Below are positions 12,801 to 24,611 of a DNA stretch of 64,000 nt, piece by piece. Under the pieces are notes generated by a model. The model had not been told where the DNA came from. It saw only the letters and a program-made list of their open reading frames with translations, and did not search any database. Each line of letters starts with the position of its first letter. The stretch's first letter is position 1. Source of the stretch: the human T2T-CHM13v2.0 reference genome, Homo sapiens; assembly GCF_009914755.1 (NCBI RefSeq), contig NC_060944.1; one strand, given 5' to 3'. The position numbers and the translations under genes are program-made.

Positions 12801-15800
12801 AGAATGCTTCTGTCTGATTTTTATGGGAAGATATTTCCTTTTCCAACACAAGCCTGAATGCGCTCCAAATGGACACTTCCAGATACGACAAAAGGAGTGT
12901 TTCAAACCTGTTCTGTGAAAGGGAACGTTCCATTCTGTGACTTGGATGCAAACATCACCAAGTAGTTTCTCAGAACGCTGCTGTCTGCTTTTTATATGTA
13001 TTCCCGTTTCCAACGAAATCGTCAAAGCCAGCCAAATATCCACTTGCAGGTTCCACAGAAAGAGTGTTTCAAAACTGCTCTCTCAAAAGACATGTTCAAC
13101 TCTGTCAGTTGAGGACACACATCACAATGAAGTTTCTCAGAATGCTTCTGTCTAGTTTTTATGGGAAGATATTTCCTTTTTCACCATAGGCATCAAAGTG
13201 CTCCAAATGTCCACTTCCAGGGAATGGAAAAAGAGTGTTTCCAACCTACTGTATGAAAGCCAATGTTCAACTCCGTGACTTGAATGCAACCATCACAAGG
13301 AAGTTTCTGAGAATGCTTCTGTCTAGGTTTTATATGAAGATATTCCCGTTTCCAATGAAATCCTCAAAGCTATCCAAATATCCACTTGGAGATTCTACAA
13401 AAAGAGTGTTTCAAAACTGCTCTATCAAAAGAAAGGTTCTACTCCGTCAGTTGAGGACACACATCACGAGTAAGTTTCTGACAATGCTTCTGTCTAGTTT
13501 TTATGGGAAGATATGTCCTTTTTCACCTTAGGCCGGAAAGCGCTCCAAAGTCCAGTTACAGACACTACAAAAAGAGTGTTTCAAACCTGCTCTGTGAAAG
13601 GGAATGTTCAATTCTGTGACTTGAATGCAAACATCACAAAGAAGTTGCTGAGAATGCTGCTGTCTGCTTTTTATACCTTATCCCGTTTCCAACGAAATCC
13701 TCAAATCCAGCCAAATATCCACTTGCAGACTCCACAAAAAGAGTGTTTCAAAACTGTACTGTCAAAAGAAATGTTCAACTCTGTTAGTTGAGGACACACA
13801 TCAGAGACTAGCTTCTGAGAATGCTTCTGTCCAGTTGTTACAGGAAGATATTTCCTTTTTCAACATAGGCCTGAAACCGCTTCAAATGTCCGCTTCCAGA
13901 TACTGCAAAGAGAGTGTTTCAAACCTTCTCTATGAAAGGGCATGTTCTCCTCTGTGACGTCAATGCAAACATCCCAAAGAAGTTTCTGAGAATGCTTCTG
14001 TCTGGATTTTATCTGAAGACAATTCCGTTTCCAACGAAATCCTCAAAGATATGCAAATATGCTCCTGCAGATTCTACAAAAAGAGTGTTTCAAAACTGCT
14101 CTATGAATAGAAAGGTTCGACTCTGTTAGTAGAGGGCACACATCACAAACAAGTTGCCGAGAATGCTTCTGTCTGGTTTTTATGGGAAGATATTTCCTTT
14201 TCCAACACAAGCCTGAATGCGCTCCAAATGGACACTTCCAGATACGACAAAAGGAGTGTTTCAAACCTGTTGTGTGAAAGGGAACGTTCCATTCTGTGAC
14301 TTGAATGCAAACATCACCAAGTAGTTTCTCAGAACGCTGCTGTCTGCTTTTTATATGTATTCCCGTTTCCAACGAAATCGTCAAAGCCAGCCAAATATCC
14401 ACTTGCAGGATCCACAAAAAGAGTGTTTCAAACTGCTCTCTCAAAAGACATGTTCAACTCTGTCAGTTGAGGACACACATCACAAAGAAGTTTCTGAGAA
14501 TGCTTCTGTCTAGTTTTTATGGGAAGATATTTCCTTTTTCACCATAGGCCTCAAAGCGCTCCAAATGTCCACTTCCAGGGAATGGAAAAAGAGTGTTTCC
14601 AACCTGCTCTATGAAAGCCAATGTTCAACTCCGTGACTTGAATGCAACCATCACAAGGAAGTTTCTGAGAATGCTTCTGTCTAGGTTTTATATGAAGATA
14701 TTAGCGTTTCCAACGAAATCCTCAAAGCTATCCAAATATCCACTTGGAGATTCTACAGAAAGAGTGTTTCAAAACTGCTCTATCAAAAGAAAGGTTCTAC
14801 TCCGTCAGTTGAGGACACACATCACGAGTAAGTTTCTGACAATGCTTCTGTCTAGTTTTTATGGGAAGATATGTCCTTTTTCACCTTAGGCCGGAAAGCG
14901 CTCCAAAAGTCCAGTTACAGACACTACAAAAAGAGTGTTTCAAACCTGCTCTGTGAAAGGGAATGTTCAATTCTGTGACTTGAATGCAAACATCACAAAG
15001 AAGTTGCTGAGAATGCTGCTGTCTGCTTTTTATACCTTATCCCATTTCCAACGAAATCCTCAAATCCAGCCAAATATCCACTTGCAGACTCCACAAAAAG
15101 AGTGTTTCAAAACTGTACTGTCAAAAGAAATGTTCAACTCTGTTAGTTGAGGACACACATCAGAGACTAGCTTCTGAGAATGCTTCTGTCCAGTTGTTAC
15201 GGGAAGATATTTCCTTTTTCAACGTAGGCCTGAAACCGCTTCAAATGTCCGCTTCCAGATACTGCAAAGAGAGTGTTTCAAACCTTCTCTACGAAAGGGC
15301 ATGTTCTCCTCTGTGACGTCAATGCAAACATCACAAAGAAGTTTCTGAGAATGCTTCTGTCTGGATTTTGTCTGAAGACAATCCCGTTTCCAACGAAATC
15401 CTCAAAGATATGCAAATATGCTCCTGCAGATTCTACAAAAAGAGTGTTTCAAAACTGCTCTATGAATAGAAAGGTTCGACTCTGTTATTAGAGGGCACAC
15501 ATCACAAACAACTTGCCGAGAATGCTTCTGTCTGGTTTTTATGGGAAGATATTTCCTTTTCCAACACAAGCCTGAATGCGCTCCAAATGGACACTTCCAG
15601 ATACGACAAAAGGAGTGTTTCAAACCTGTTCTGGGAAAGGGAACGTTCCATTCTGTGACTTGAATGCAAACATCACCAAGTAGTTTCTCAGAACGCTGCT
15701 GTCTGCTTTTTATATGTATTCCCGTTTCCAACGAAATCGTCAAAGCTAGCCAAATATCCACTTGCAGGTTCCACAAAAAGAGTGTTTCAAAACTGCTCTC

Positions 15801-17983
15801 TCAAAAGACATGTTCAACTCTGTCAGTTGAGGACACACATCACAAAGAAGTTTCTGAGAATGCTTCTGTCTAGTTTTTATGGGAAGATATTTCCTTTTTC
15901 ACCATAGGCCTCAAAGCGCTCCACATGTCCACTTCCAGGGAATGGAAAAAGAGTGTTTCCAACCTGCTCTATGAAAGCCAATGTTCAACTCCGTGACTTG
16001 AATGCAACCATCACAAGGAAGTTTCTGAGAATGCTTCTGTCTAGGTTTTATATGAAGATATTCCCGTTTCAAACGAAATCCTCAAAGCTATCCAAATATC
16101 CACTTGGAGATTCTGCAAAAAGAGTGTTTCAAAACTGCTCTATCAAAAGAAAGGTTCCACTCCGTCAGTTGAGGACACACATCACGAGTAAGTTTCTGAC
16201 AATGCTTCTGTCTAGTTTTTATGGGAAGATATGTCCTTTTTCACCTTAGGCCGGAAAGCGCTCCAAAGTCCAGTTACAGTCACTACAAAAAGAGTGTTTC
16301 AAACCTGCTCTGTGAAAGGGAATGTTCAATTCTGTGACTTGAAGGCAAACATCACAAAGAAGTTGCTGAGAATGCTGCTGTCTGCTTTTTATACCTTATC
16401 CCGTTTCCAACGAAACCCTCAAATCCAGCCAAATATCTACTTGCAGACTCCACAAAAAGAGTGTTTCAAAACTGTACTGTCAAAAGAAATGTTCAACTCT
16501 GTTAGTTGAGGACACACATCAGAGACTAGCTTCTGAGAATGCTTCTGTCCAGTTGTTACAGGAAGATATTTCCTTTTTCAACATAGGCCTGAAACCGCTT
16601 CAAATGTCCGCTTCCAGATACTGCAAAGAGAGTGTTTCAAACCTTCTCTACGAAAGGGCATGTTCTCCTCTGTGACGTCAATGCAAACATCCCAAAGAAG
16701 TTTCTGAGAATGCTTCTGTCTGGATTTTATCTGAAGACAATCCCGTTTCCAACGAAATCCTCAAAGATATGCAAATATGCTCCTGCAGATTCTACAAAAA
16801 GAGTGTTTCAAAACTGCTCTATGAATAGAAAGGTTCGACTCTGTTAGTAGAGGGCACACATCACAAACAAGTTGCCGAGAATGCTTCTGTCTGGTTTTTA
16901 TGGGAAGATATTTCCTTTTCCAACACAAGCCTAAATGCACTCCAAATGGACACTTCCAGATACGACAAAAGGAGTGTTTCAAAGCTGTTGTATGAAAGGG
17001 AACGTTCCATTCTGTGACTTGAATGCAAACATCACCAAGTAGTTTCTCAGAACGCTGCTGTGTGTTTTTATATGTATTCCCGTTTCCAACGAAATCGTCA
17101 AAGCCAGCCAAATATCCACTTGCAAGTTCCACAAAAAGAGTGTTTCAAACGGCTCTCTCAAAAGACATGTTCAACTCTGTCAGTTGAGGACACACATCAC
17201 AAAGAAGTTTCTGAGAATGCTTCTGTCTAGTTTTTATGGGAAGATATGTCCTTTTTCACCATAGGCCTCAAAGCGCTCCAAATGTCCACTTCCAGGGAAT
17301 GGAAAAAGAGTGTTTCCAACCTGCTCTATGAAAGCCAATGTTCAACTCCGTGACTTGAATGCAACCATCACAAGGAAGTTTCTTTGAATGCTTCTGTCTA
17401 GGTTTTATATGAAGATATTCCCGTTTCCAACGAAATCCTCAAAGCTATCCAAATATCCACTTGGAGATTCTACAAAAAGAGTGTTTCAAAACTGCTCTAT
17501 CAAAAGAAAGGTTCTACTCCGTCAGTTGAGGACACACATCACGAGTAAGTTTCTGACAATGCTTCTGTCTAGTTTTTATGGGAAGATATGTCCTTTTTCA
17601 CCTTAGGCCGGAAAGCGCTCCAAAAGTCCAGTTACTACAAAAAGAGTGTTTCAAACCTGCTCTGTGAAAGGGAATGTTCAATTCTGTGACTTGAATGCAA
17701 ACATCACAAAGAAGTTGCTGAGAATGCTGCTGTCTGCTTTTTATACCTTATCCCGTTTCCAACGAAATCCTCAAATCCAGCCAAATATCCACTTGCAGAC
17801 TCCACAAAAAGAGTGTTTCAAAACTCTACTGTCAAAAGAAATGTTCAACTCTGTTAGTTGAGGACACACATCAGAGACTAGCTTCTGAGAATGCTTCTGT
17901 CCAGTTGTTACGGGAAGATATTTCCTTTTTCAAAATAGGCCTGTAACCGCTTGAAATGTCCGCTTCCAGATACTGCAAAGAGA

Positions 17984-19171
17984 GTGTTTCAAACCTTCTC
18001 TACGAAAGGGCATGTTCTCCTCTGTGACGTCAATGCAAACATCCCAAAGACGTTTCTGAGAATGCTTCTGTCTGGATTTTATCTGAAGACAATCCCGTTT
18101 CCAACGAAATCCTCAAAGATATGCAAATATGCTCCTGCAGATTCTACAAAAAGAGTGTTTCAAAACTGCTCTATGAATAGAAAGGTTCGACTCTCTTAGT
18201 AGAGGGCACACATCACAAACAAGTTGCCGAGAATGCTTCTGTCTGGTTTTTATGGGAAGATATTTCCTTTTCTAACACAAGCCTGAATGCGCTCCATATG
18301 TACACTTCCAGATACTACAAAAGGAGTGTTTCAAACCTGTTCTATGAAAGGGAACGTTCCATTCTGTGACTTGAATGCAAACATCACCAAGTAGTTTCTC
18401 AGAACGCTGCTGTCTGCATTTATATGTATTCCCGTTTCCAACGAAATCGTCAAAGCCAGCCAAATATCCACTTGCAGGTTCCACAAAAAGAGTGTTTCAA
18501 AACTGCTCTCTCAAAAGACATGTTCAACTCTGTCAGTTGAGGACACACATCACAAAGAAGTTTCTGAGAATGCTTCTGTCTAGTTTTTATATGAAGATAT
18601 TCCCGTTTCCAACGAAATCCTCAAAGCTATACAAATATCCACTTGGACATTCTACAAAAAGAGTGTTTCAAAACTGCTCTATCAAAAGAAAGTTTCTACT
18701 CCGTCAGTTGAGGACACACATCACGAGTAAGTTTCTGAGAATTCTTCTGTCTAGTTTTTATGGGAAGATATGTCCTTTTTCACCTTAGGCCGGAAAGCGC
18801 TCCAAAAGTCCAGTTACAGACACTACAAAAAGAGTGTTTCAAACCTGCTCTGTGAAAGGGAATGTTCAATTCTGTGACTTCAATGTAAACAACACAAAGG
18901 AGTTGCTGAGAATGCTGCTGTCTGCTTTTTATACCTTATCCCGTTTCCAACGAAATCCTCAAATCTAGCCAATTATCCACTTGCAGACTCCACAAAAAGA
19001 GTGTTTCAAAACTATACTCTCCAAAGAAATGTTCAACTCTGTTAGTTGAGGACACACATCAGAGACTAGCTTCTGAGAATGCTTCTGTCCAGTTGTTACG
19101 GGAAGATATTTCCTTTCTCAACATAGGCCTGAAACCGCTTCAAATGTCCACTTCCAGATACTGCAAAGAGA
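17984..19171 (-). repeat. Second 7-mer variant HOR
   Basis: Anchor spacing is 1188, with the f/g junction at ~18560-18600. Confidence 0.92.
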
Positions 19172-20531
19172 GTGTTTCAAACCTTCTCTACGAAAGGGCA
19201 TGTTCTCCTCTGTGACGTCAATGCAAACATCCCAAAGAAGTTTCTGAGAATGCTTCTGTCTGGATTTTATCTGAAGACAATCCCGTTTCCAACGAAATCG
19301 TCAAAGATATGCAAATATGCTCCTGCAGATTCTACAAAAAGAGTGTTTCAGAACTGCTCCATGAAAAGAAAGGTTCGACTCTGTTAGTAGAATGCACACA
19401 TCACAAACAAGTTGCCGAGAATGCTTCTGTCTGGTTTTTATGGGAAGATATTTCCTTTTCCAACACAAGCCTGAATGCGCTCCAAATGGACACTTCCAGA
19501 TACGACAAAAGGAGTGTTTCAAACCTGTTCTGTGAAAGGGAACGTTCCATTCTGTGACTTGGATGCAAACATCACCAAGTAGTTTCTCAGAACGCTGCTG
19601 TCTGCTTTTTATATGTATTCCCGTTTCCAACTAAATCATCAAAGCCAGCCAAATATCCACTTGCAGGTTCCACAAAAAGAGTGTTTCAAAACTGCTCTCT
19701 CAAAAGACATGTTCAACTCTGTCAGTTGAGGACACACATCACAAAGAAGTTTCTGAGAATGCTTCTGTCTAGTTTTTATGGGAAGATATTTCCTTTTTCA
19801 CCATTGGCCTCAAAGCGCTCCAAATGTCCACTTCCAGGGAATGGAAAAAGAGTGTTTCCAACCTGCTCTATGAAAGCCAATGTTCAACTCCGTGACTTGA
19901 ATGCAACCATCACAAGGAAGTTTCTGAGAATGCTTCTGTCTAGGTTTTATATGAAGATATTCCCGTTTACAACGAAATCCTCAAAGCTATCCAAATATCC
20001 TCTTGGAGATTCTACAAAAAGAGTGTTTCAAAACTGCTCTATCAAAAGAAAGGTTGTACTCCGTCAGTTGAGGACACACATCACAAAGAAGTTTCTGACA
20101 ATGCTTCTGTCTAGTTTTTATGGGAAGATATGTCCTTTTTCACCTTAGGCCGGAAAGCGCTCCAAAAGTCCAGTTACAGACACTACAAAAAGAGTGTTTC
20201 AAACCTGCTCTGTGAAAGGGAATGTTCAATTCTGTGACTTGAATGTAAACATCACAAAGAAGTTGCTGAGAATGCTGCTGTCTGCTTTTTATTCCTTATC
20301 CCGTTTCCTACGAAATCCTCAAATCCAGCCAAATATCCACATGCAGACTACACAAAAAGAGTGTTTCAAAACTCTACTGTCAAAAGAAATGTTCAACTCT
20401 GTTAGTTGAGGACACACATCAGAGACTAGCTTCTGAGAATGCTTCTGTCCAGTTGTTACGGGAAGATATTTCCTTTTTCAAAATAGGCCTGTAACCGCTT
20501 CAAATGTCCGCTTCCAGATACTGCAAAGAGA

Positions 20532-21720
20532 GTGTTTCAAACCTTCTCTACGAAAGGACATGTTCTCCTCTGTGACGTCAATGCAAACATCCCAAAGAAG
20601 TTTCTGAGAATGCTTCTGTCTGGATTTTATCTGAAGACAATCCCGTTTCCAACGAAATCCTCAAAGATATGCAAATATGCTCCTGCAGATTCTACAAAAA
20701 GAGTGTTTCAAAACTGCTCTATGAATAGAAAGGTTCGACTCTCTTAGTAGAGGACACACATCACAAACAAGTTGCCGAGAATGCTTCTGTCTGGTTTTTA
20801 TGGGAAGATATTTCCTTTTCTAACACAAGCCTGAATGCGCTCCAAATGGACACTTCCAGATACTACAAAAGGAGTGTTTCAAACCTGTTCTGTGAAAGGG
20901 AACGTTCCATTCTGTGACTTGAATGCAAACATCACCAAGTAGTTTCTCAGAACGCTGCTGTCTGCTTTTTATATGTATTCCCGTTTCCAACGAAATCGTC
21001 AAAGCCAGCCAAATATCCACTTGCAGGTTCCACAAAAAGAGTGTTTCAAATCTGCTCTCTCAAAAGACATGTTCAACTCTGTCAGTTGAGGACACACATC
21101 ACAAAGAAGTTTCTGAGAAAGCTTCTGTCTAGTTTTTATATGAAGATATTCCCGTTTCCAACGAAATCCTCAAAGCTATACAAATATCCACTTGGACATT
21201 CTACAAAAAGAGTGTTTCAAAACTGCTCTATCAAAAGAAAGTTTCTACTCCGTCAGTTGAGGACACACATCACGATTAAGTTTCTGAGAATTCTTCTGTC
21301 TAGTTTTTATGGGAAGATATGTCCTTTTTCACCTTAGGCCGGAAAGCGCTCCCAAAGTCCAGTTACAGACACTACAAAAAGAGTGTTTCAAACCTGCTCT
21401 GTGAAAGGGAATGTTCAATTCTGTGACTTCAATGCAAACAACACAAAGGAGTTGCTGAGAATGCTGCTGTCTGCTTTTTATAACTTATCCCTTTTCCAAC
21501 GAAATCCTCAAATCTAGCCAATTATCCACTTGCAGACTCCACAAAAAGAGTGTTTCAAAACTATACTCTCCAAAGAAATGTTCAACTCTGTTAGTTGAGG
21601 ACACACATCAGAGTCTAGCTTCTGAGAATGCTTCTGTCCAGTTGTTACGGGAAGATATTTCCTTTTTCAACATAGGCCTGAAACCACTTCAAATGTCCAC
21701 TTCCAGATACTGCAAAGAGA
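20532..21720 (-). repeat. Third 7-mer variant HOR
   Basis: Anchor spacing is 1189, with the f/g junction at ~21110-21150. Confidence 0.92.
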
Positions 21721-23080
21721 GTGTTTCAAACCTTCTCTATGAAAGGGCATGTTCTCCTCTGTGACGTCAATGCAAACATCCCAAAGAAGTTTCTGAGAAT
21801 GCTTCTGTCTGGATTTTATCTGAAGACAATCCCGTTTCCAACGAAATCCTCAAAGATATGCAAATATGCTCCTGCAGATTCTACAAAAAGAGTGTTTCAG
21901 AACTGCTCCATGAAAAGAAAGGTTCGACTCTGTTAGTAGACGGCACACATCACAAACAAGTTGCCGAGAATGCTTCTGTCTGGTTTTTATGGGAAGATAT
22001 TTCCTTTTCCAACACAAGCCTGAATGCGCTCCAAATGGACACTTCCAGATACGACAAAAGGAGTGTTTCAAACCTGTTCTGTGAAAGGGAACGTTCCATT
22101 CTGTGACTTGAATGCAAACATCACCAAGTAGTTTCTCAGAACGCTGCTGTCTGCTTTTTATATGTATTCCCGTTTCCAATGAAATCGTCAAAGCCAGCCA
22201 AATATCCACTTGCAGGTTCCGCAAAAAGAGTGTTTCAAAACTGCTCTCTCAAAAGACATGTTCAACTCTGTCAGTTGAGGACACACATCACAAAGAAGTT
22301 TCTGAGAATGCTTCTGTCTAGTTTTTATGGGAAGATATTTCCTTTTTCACCATTGGCCTCAAAGCGCTCCAAATGTCCACTTCCAGGGAATGGAAAAAGA
22401 GTGTTTCCAACCTGCTCTATGAAAGCGAATGTTCAACTCCGTGACTTGAATGCAACCATCACAAGGAAGTTTCTGAGAATGCTTCTGTCTAGGTTTTATA
22501 TGAAGATATTCCCGTTTACAACGAAATCCTCAAAGCTATCCAAATATCCTCTTGGAGATTCTACAAAAAGAGTGTTTCAAAACTGCTCTATCAAAAGAAA
22601 GGTTCTACTCCGTCAGTTGAGGACACACATCACGAGTAAGTTTCTGACAATGCTTCTGTCTAGTTTTTATGGGAAGATATGTCCTTTTTCACCTTAGGCC
22701 GGAAAGCGCTCCAAAAGTCCAGTTACAGACACTACAAAAAGAGTGTTTCAACCCTGCTCTGTGAAAGGGAATGTTCAATTCTGTGACTTGAATGCAAACA
22801 TCACAAAGAAGTTGCTGAGAATGCTGCTGTCTGCTTTTTATACCTTATCCCGTTTCCAACGAAATCCTCAAATCCAGCCAAATATCCACTTGCAGACTCC
22901 ACAGAAAGAGTGTTTCAAAACTGTACTGTCAAAAGAAATGTTCAACTCTGTTAGTTGAGGACACACATCACAGACTAGCTTCTGAGAATGCTTCTGTCCA
23001 GTTGTTACGGGAAGATATTTCCTTTTTCAACATAGGCCTGAAACCGCTTCAAATGTCCGCTTCCAGATACTGCAAAGAGA

Positions 23081-24611
23081 GTGTTTCAAACCTTCTCTAC
23101 GAAAGGGCATGTTCTCCTCTGTGACCTCAATGCAAACATCCCAAAGAAGTTTCTGAGAATGCTTCTGTCTGGATTTTATCTGAAGACAATCCCGTTTCCA
23201 ATGAAATCCTCAAAGATATGCAAATATGCTCCTGTAGATTCTACAAAAAGAGTGTTTCAAAACTGCTCTTTGAAAAGAAAGGTTCGACTCTGTTAGTAGA
23301 GGGCACACATCACAAACAAGTTGCCGAGAATGCTTCTGTCTGGTTTTTATGGGAAGATATTTCCTTTTCCAACACAAGCCTGAATGCGCTCCAAATGGAC
23401 ACTTCCAGATACGACAAAAGGAGTGTTTCAAACCTGTTCTGTGAAAGGGAACGTTCCATTCTGTGACTTGAATGCAAACATCACCAAGTAGTTTCTCAGA
23501 ACGCTGCTGTCTGCTTTTTATATGTATTCCCGTTTCCAACGAAATCGTCAAAGCCAGCCAAATATCCACTTGCAGGTTCCACAGAAAGAGTGTTTCTAAA
23601 CTACTCTCTCAAAAGACATGTTCAACTCTGTCAGTTGAGGACACACATCACAAAGAAGTTTCTGAGAATGCTTCTGTCTAGTTTTTAATATGAAGATATT
23701 CCCGTTTCCAACGAAATCCTCAAAGCTATACAAATATCCACTTGGACATTCTACAAAAACAGTGTTTTAAAACTGCTCTATCAAAAGAAAGGTTCTACTC
23801 CGTCAGTTGAGGACACACATCACGAGTAAGTTTCTGACAATGCTTCTGTCTAGTTTTTATGGGAAGATATTTCCTTTTTCACCATAGGCCTCAAAGCGCT
23901 CCACATGTCCACTTCCAGGGAATGGAAAAAGAGCTTTTCCAACCTGCTCTATAAAAGCGAATGTTCAACTCCGTGACTTGAATGCAACCATCACAAGGAA
24001 GTTTCTGAGAATGTTTCTGTCTAGATTTTATATGAAGATATTCCCGTTTCCAACGAAATCTTTAAGCTATCCAAATATCCACTTGGAGATTCTACAAAAA
24101 GAGTGTTTCAAAACTGCTCTATCAAAAGAAAGGTTCTACTCCGTCAGTTGAGGACACACATCACGAGTAAGTTTCTGACACTGCTTCTGTCTAGTTTTTA
24201 TGGGAAGATATGTCCTTTTTCACCTTAGGCCGGAAAACGCTCCAAAAGTCCAGTTACAGACACTACAAAAAGAGTGTTTCAAACCTGCTCTGTGAAAGGA
24301 AATGTTCAATTCTGTGACTTGAATGCAAACATCACAAAGAAGTTGCTGAGAATGCTGCTGTCTGCTTTTTATGCCTTATCCCGTTTCCAACGAAATCCTC
24401 AAATCTAGCCAAATATCCACTTGCAGACTCCACAAAAAGAGTGTTTCAAAACTGTACTGTCAAAAGAAATGTTCAACTCTGTTAGTTGAGGACACACATC
24501 AGAGACTAGCTTCTGAGAATGCTTCTGTCCAGTTGTTACGGGAGGAAATTTCCTTTTTCAACATAGGCCGGAAACCGCTTCAAATGTCCACTTCCAGATA
24601 TTGCAAATAGA
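23081..24611 (-). repeat. 9-mer compound variant HOR (1531 bp): f/g junction followed by an h/f junction
   Basis: Anchor spacing is 1531. A 7-mer-type junction lies at ~23680. Then h-type 'cacgagtaagtttctgacaa' joins f-type 'ttcctttttcaccatagg' at ~23840-23870. Confidence 0.9.

Noticed and set aside
8731-21293. Sporadic EcoRI sites (8731, 12460, 18739, 21288) and a BamHI site (14408)
   Set aside because: These are single SNVs. Three of them simply tag the 7-mer lineage, and they are not evidence of cloning scars.
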